A stretch of DNA of 64,000 bases from Rhynchopus sp. YZ270_cl-10. Its lineage: Eukaryota. Shown here piece after piece: positions 58,455 to 64,000 of this stretch. The position numbers and the translations under genes are program-made. Location of the stretch: the NCBI GenBank assembly GCA_964035575.1, contig OZ037847.1:620001-684000 (forward strand). Reading direction: 5' to 3'. The notes below the pieces were generated by a model. That model worked only from the letters and a program-made list of their open reading frames with translations, was not told where the DNA came from and searched no databases. Positions within the stretch are counted from its first letter, which is position 1. Every line of letters begins with the position of its first letter.

Positions 58455-61400
58455 TTAAGACGTCTCGTTATACCGTGCTCTCAGGTCGTTTACCCGCATC
58501 GCATTGGAGGTGATGACCTGACGCATAGGACTACCAGAGTCTGCAGCAAGCTTCTGTTCCTTTGCAGCAGGCTCGTTTACTTTGTTCACATGCTTGCAGG
58601 TCCCAAAACGCTGTATCGTGTGTATTTTTTGAAAAACTGTTGAAATAGTGTAGTTGCCACCTGTGCAAGCTCCACTGTCCCTAAAGTCACTCATTCTCTT
58701 TTTTTGAAAAACTTGATTGCAGTAGTGTCCCGAGGATGAGCTACACTAATTTTATTTGTTTGTCACCAATAACTCTTCTTTTTTGCAAGAAGAGAAAGAA
58801 GAAAATATATATAATTATTGGGTAATTATTACCCCATAATTACACGCAGGTGTGTTTTTTGTCACGAGTGACCTAAACCCACGAGCGAAGCGAGTGGGTT
58901 TAGGGAACAAGTGACAAAAAACACACCTAAGTGTAATTATCTGGTAATAATTTCACATAATTAGTTTTTTTTTTATCGTGCAATTTTTGACGAGTGTACA
59001 AATCCGGCGAGTCCCCGTCACCCTCCAGTCACTGTATGTCGATGATGGGAGTGTGTATGTGGGGTGTATGGGAAATGTGCCGAAGTATGGATGTTGAACC
59101 GAAAAAGTGGGAGAGGGTATAATTAGTTGTGATCATTCTTGGTTTGGGGTTGGTAATCACATTTCAACAAGTTGGTAACAACTGTCTATCCTTGGACGAT
59201 GCGAAGCGTGAAGTTGAGGTTTCCGGTGTGTTTTTCCGGGATTTTTTTTTTTTGGCGGATAATCAAAAACGTGTTTGAGGGGCCTAGAACTGCTCAAATG
59301 GGTCAAATTTTGCTTTGAATGGGCTCAAATCGTCGAAATTAACCCTTATACACGGATGCTGCCAGATCTGGCCAGATCTCCAGATCTGGGCCTCCCAGAT
59401 CTGGCCAGATCTGGAAATTTTTTTTTTTTTTTGAAAAAAAAAATTTTCCCAGACGTCCCAGATCTGGCCACATCTGGGAGATCTGGGACGTCTGGGAAAA
59501 TTTTTTTTTCCAGGTACCCCCAATGACATAACGAAGTATCGCTTGAAGTACCGTTCAATATACGTTGCTCGTGTGTGCAAGTTACGAAGTAGGACACACA
59601 AGGTATATCAAACGATAAATCAATCAGATAAACGTTACATCATCGGAAAATTGTTGGCACCGCCGCCCTGTCTTCGTATTTATTACGTCGACAGGCCAAA
59701 CAGCGTTGGGCTCAGAAGAAGCAGTGCAAAACACTGGGGATCAACATGAGAACCAACTCCCAACAACACAGGCTACCGAAGTAGCAGGTGGGGTGTTGCG
59801 GGTGTTTGGGGTGAAAGAAAATCGATTTTGGTAAGTTACAGCAGAAAATTCTTAAGTTTGCACAATTGAGAAGGGTGTTACCACTGCCTAATATTATTCG
59901 TACATGTGAACCGGTAAGGTCGAGAAGGGTGGACACGGCATACAAGTACAAATACAAGTAAGACGTACCTTCTACAAAGGCTGAATTCGCAATTCTTAAG
60001 GGATTGAATTCAGCCCCCACGTGGTGTTTTTGAGAAAATCATTCCATGGTATACAGCTAATGGTTCCCGAAGAATGATTCGCCCCTCCTCGTTCATGCAA
60101 ACTTAAGAAAATTCTGAAGTAACTACAACCTGGCGTGCGGGTACAGATGCATTGCTTTGTTCTTTCCTCAAAGTCATGTGTGATCTCTCGGGTCTGTACT
60201 AAAGTCAGTGTTTAGATAAGCATCCACTTGACTCGTTCTAACAACCGTTGAAATCTAGAACAAAACAATACACTGCCCCTTCTCACACCAAGCCGCCATG
60301 CTTCAAGAGCATGCCCTGGGCAAAAATTACTCTGACAAAAATTGGTTTTCTGGGGGAACGCAATATTTTCTTGTGCCTAGTCCTCCGCAAGAGCAGAGGA
60401 CAGACTTTCCGGATCCCGAAGTCGAATTTCTTGCACTAGCTATGCTCCCTGGGTTAAATGGCTATAGCAGTGACTGACTAAGAGTTTCATAATAACTAGG
60501 GTGGTCTATGGGGTGGGTTAATGGAAAAGTTGGTATATAAACCCGACTTTTACGATCGCCACCTGGTTTTGAAATAATTGCACCAGCTCTTCCGTCGGCA
60601 CTGCTTCGCTGTCACGATGAAGGGTCGTCGGTTCGGGTACCTGTTAAGAGAAATTGAATGTAAAAGTAGAGACTACAACAAAAAAACAAACAAACAAACA
60701 AGAAGCCGCCCCGTACCCCTTAAACGTAAAAGTGACATTTTTGTTGACAAAAAAAAAAAAAAAATAGTTAAAAAATAGCGGACATGTCGAAAAGGGAGAA
60801 AACCGGGGGGTTAAAAACATACCTTGCACTCGGCCCACTCTCCAGGTACAAAGAACATCACTGCACGACAAACCCACTACTACGGTAGAAAATAACTATT
60901 TTTTACCGAACAGAAAGGTCGTTTTATTGATGAGTGTTTTCTGAGTGCACACTCAGTGGGGACAAAATGCAATACTTACCGAAAAAATTCTCCAATCGGA
61001 CAAAAACCTTTCTAAACACCCAAGAAAAACACCTCAGTCCACATCCGCTGGGGTCGCGAGATGGAAATATATGGTTTTACAGCTTTTGGGGGGTCTAGCG
61101 TGGGTCCCAGATGCATTTTGCAACGGGTCTGTGTGTGCCTCAACCGCTTCACAGTACCCTTTTTTGTAACTGAAAACGACGCATCCTGTACCTAAGTGCA
61201 CTGAAGCCTTGCTTGCGTCCTCCTTCGTGGTTTTGGGCGTTCGCATGCGAGAATCATTATCGCATTCGCACATGTAATTCTCGCATCACGGAGAGGATTT
61301 TAGCGTTACGTGACCACAAAAAAAGTGCACAAAATTAGTTTGGTCAAAAATCACCTTGCACTTGTGAAGGCATTGCTAAGGAAATGTGAAATATGCGTGT

Positions 61401-63601
61401 TTTGGTACACAAAAGTGCGTTTTGGGTGGTTCTGAAGGGTCAAAACACCAAAAAAAATGCGTTTTTTTGCATTTTTGGTCACCCAAGGACCCACTATTTT
61501 GGTTGATTTTTTTTTTTTCCCTTTGCGAAAAAGTACCCAAAAATCACGACTATAAAAACGCTAAGGAAAAATCGATATTCATTTTTTTTTGGGCAGAGAA
61601 GTGCGTTTTAGGCGCCCACAGATGGTCAAAACATCAAAATTTTTGTGTTTTTGGCATCTTTGGACACCCAAGGACCCACTATCAGGGGTGAATTTTTTTT
61701 GCCTGAGATTTGCCTTTGCCAAAAATCGAGAAAAAAAATTATGAAGGAAATTGCTAAGAAAAAGTCGAAATTGTGGGCCCCTGTAGTGCATATGGCGGTA
61801 CCCCAGATCGTCAAAACACCCGACTCTTGCGTTTTTTTGCACTTTTTGGTGCACAAAAACCCTACTCAGGGGTCAAAATTTTCCCGGGAAAAAAAATTTT
61901 TTTTTCGAGATTTTTCAAAAATCGACTTGTCTTTGGTAAAAACCACGAAATTTCGGGTGCGCGAAACCACGTTTTAGACCCCCACAGATGCTCAAAAGTG
62001 TCAAATTTTGCTTTTAATGGCCTCAAATCGTCGAAATTAGCCTTTTTAGGGGCGAAAAAAAAAATTCGAGAGTCCCTTTCCCTGGGAGACAATAGCCAGA
62101 AATCTGAGGAAAAAAAAAAAAACTGGCCAGATTTCCAGATCTGGCCAGATCTGGGGGGGTTTTTTTTTTTTTTGAAAAAAAAAATTTCCCAGATTCCCAG
62201 ATCTGGCCAGATCTGGCCAGATCTGGAAACAAGATCTCCACATCTGGAAAACGAGCCAGATCTGGGAAATTGGCCCCCAAATCTGGCCAGATCTGGCAGC
62301 ATCCGTGCTTATAGGGGGAAAAAAAAATTTTGCAGAGTCCCTTTCCCTTTGGCGACTTAGGATCACCAAAAGTGGGTTTGAGCGTGTAATTATTACCCAT
62401 AATTACACGGCTGACATTTTTGGTCGCAAATCGCTAACGATTCATAATTACACGCTTGGTAATAATTACACGCTCCCAGATTATAATTTTTGGTTCTTCC
62501 TGAAGGATTTGTACACGAGTCAAAAATTGCACGATAAAAAAGAATAAAAACAACATCGGCAATACCCCAATAGGCTCTACTCCACCCTAAAGAAAGGCTG
62601 TAGGATATGATACTCTAGATTGTATCAAAAGAATCACAAAAACCTAAAGGGAGGTTTCACCACTTTTACCTAAAATTTAAAAGCAATATCCATACCACTG
62701 CATTGACCGCAACTGCCTCGTGTGGTTCGTATATGACCTGTGCACGGGGACCGCTTGAGTCGGCTTGTTTGATTTCTTGGGGCATGACGTAGTCGTGCAG
62801 TCTGTGTGGCGACTGGGACTGCGAGATGGAGGGGACGGAGGACTTTGGGGAGGCGGGGGCTGAGGAGGGTGGGGGTGAGGGGGCGGAGGACTCGTCGTCG
62901 TCAAGCTCTGCGAGGAAGGCGTCTTCTTCTGCCTTCTCTTGCTCCTCAAGCTCGTCCAGGAATGCGGCCTCCTCGTCGTCCAGGGCCTCTTCCTCCTCCT
63001 CCTCCACCGGCGCAGCCATGGGTTCAGGCTCTTCACGGACCGGCAACGGGCTCTCGATCAACCCCTCCTCCTCACACTCCCGCTCGTGTTCGTCCTCCTC
63101 CGCAGTGATCGCCAACCACCTCGCCTCTTCCCTGCTCACATCCCGGTCCTCTTTGTCCTCAAGCTTTGGGGAAGGGGCTAAGCAATCATCAATGGCGCGT
63201 TGGGTGGGCTGTGATGGGGGGTTTAAAAAAAGATGAATAAGATACAAATTCATAATAATTATACTTTCAAATAAGATTTGAACGCATTAGGGAAGTGTAT
63301 AAAAAACAACAACAAAAAGATGAATAAGATCAAAAGAAAGCATCACCGAAGGTGAGCATTTCGGGAATAAAAGGGTTATGATGTCGGCGATCCTTCATTT
63401 CGTATTGCGTTCGTTTTGTAATATAATGTGGTGTTGTGGGCATACCAGGCACTCTGGTGGAGGGTCCATCACCACCTCAGGCTCCACAATGCCAAACCCA
63501 GGGGTGGACTCGGCAGGGGTAGGTGTGGTAGGCGCCTTCTTCTTGGGGGAGACCTTCACGTGTTTGGGAAGACGCGGCTTTCTCTTCTTCACCTGAACCA
63601 T
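58455..63601 (-). CDS. Uncharacterised basic/acidic low-complexity protein, 3 exons proposed (~274 aa)
   Basis: Exons 63601-63446 and 63208-62696 are joined by a phase-0 GTATGC...CACAG intron. A candidate third exon 58610-58455 lies in phase after ATACAG. The 4.1-kb intron 2 is mostly filled by mobile elements; exon 3 is tentative. Confidence 0.55.
58810..62549. mobile_element. Element D: asymmetric hairpin + subterminal-IR element without TSD (Helentron- or Crypton-like), host of C copy 2
   Basis: ~150-bp imperfect palindrome 58812-58962 centred on CGAGCGAAGCGAG. It is followed by TTTTATCGTGCAATTTTTGACGAGTGTACAAATCC, whose inverse forms the far end (62505-62540). Confidence 0.75.
59351..62307. 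mobile_element. Element C copy 2 (2957 bp), 6-bp TSD
   Basis: Same TIRs as 8107-11061; TSD CTTATA (59345-59350, 62308-62313). Confidence 0.95.
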
Positions 63602-64000
63602 ATCGCAGGAGACAATCGCTCTGTGCGGAGGGTGGGAGAATGTACAGATGATTAAAGGCGGATAATATTTTGATCATAAAAATAACAGTGTTTTTCTGAA
63701 CGCCAAATAGGGGTAAAGAATCTGATGAAAATATTCAAGAGGGAAATACTACATTGGCTTTCTTTGTCTAATTTCTTAATACACTGTGTGTTAGGGGGAA
63801 AAGGGTTCAAAAAAACCAAAGGGTTATGATTAACCGCCTCTTATGCTACCTTGATCATCATCGTATAGCAGCTGAACCAACATTTTTTTTCTTTGAATTG
63901 AGAGGTACATACTTTGGGGGGAACTTCAATCGATAGGACTGCCCCTTTTTGAGGCCAGACTCTTTCCCTTGGAAGACAATGGTGAAGGCGCCGGAGGGGT

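Noticed and set aside
1..64000. Hammerhead ribozymes, rRNA or intact tRNA genes
   Set aside because: No CTGANGA...GAAA core with pairing stems and no complete cloverleaf or rRNA motif was found by eye; a formal scan could still find some.

Overview
Eukaryotic nuclear DNA with homopolymer-rich intergenic regions. Nine protein-coding genes are supported, all on the minus strand: a polyQ PTB/hnRNP-L-like RRM protein, a Thg1-family 3'-5' nucleotidyltransferase, a 4-exon J-domain protein, a receptor fusing BMP/PnrA, Cys-rich, TM and pseudo-cyclase domains, a SMYD-like SET protein, WDR82/Swd2, a 1074-aa unknown protein, a multi-TM protein and an acidic low-complexity protein. Unidirectional gene order, ~135-bp spacers in the dense cluster and GTATG...(CAA)CACAG introns suggest a euglenozoan, most likely a diplonemid (inference). 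The non-coding part is a dense set of non-autonomous mobile DNA, and no transposase ORF is recognisable in the window. TIR elements occur with TA, TTAA, 3-, 5-, 6-, 8- and 9-bp target duplications. There is a triple-nested insertion (7480-11902) and two near-identical ~2.95-kb CACGG...CCGTG elements with 6-bp TSDs. Helentron/HINE-like units form a tandem array, and tRNA-like SINE fragments are scattered through the window. Dozens of 25-60-nt bulged-hairpin mini-elements are almost all in one orientation. Internal cargo modules are shared between elements with unrelated termini. All coordinates, alignments and protein assignments were read by eye; none was checked by database search.
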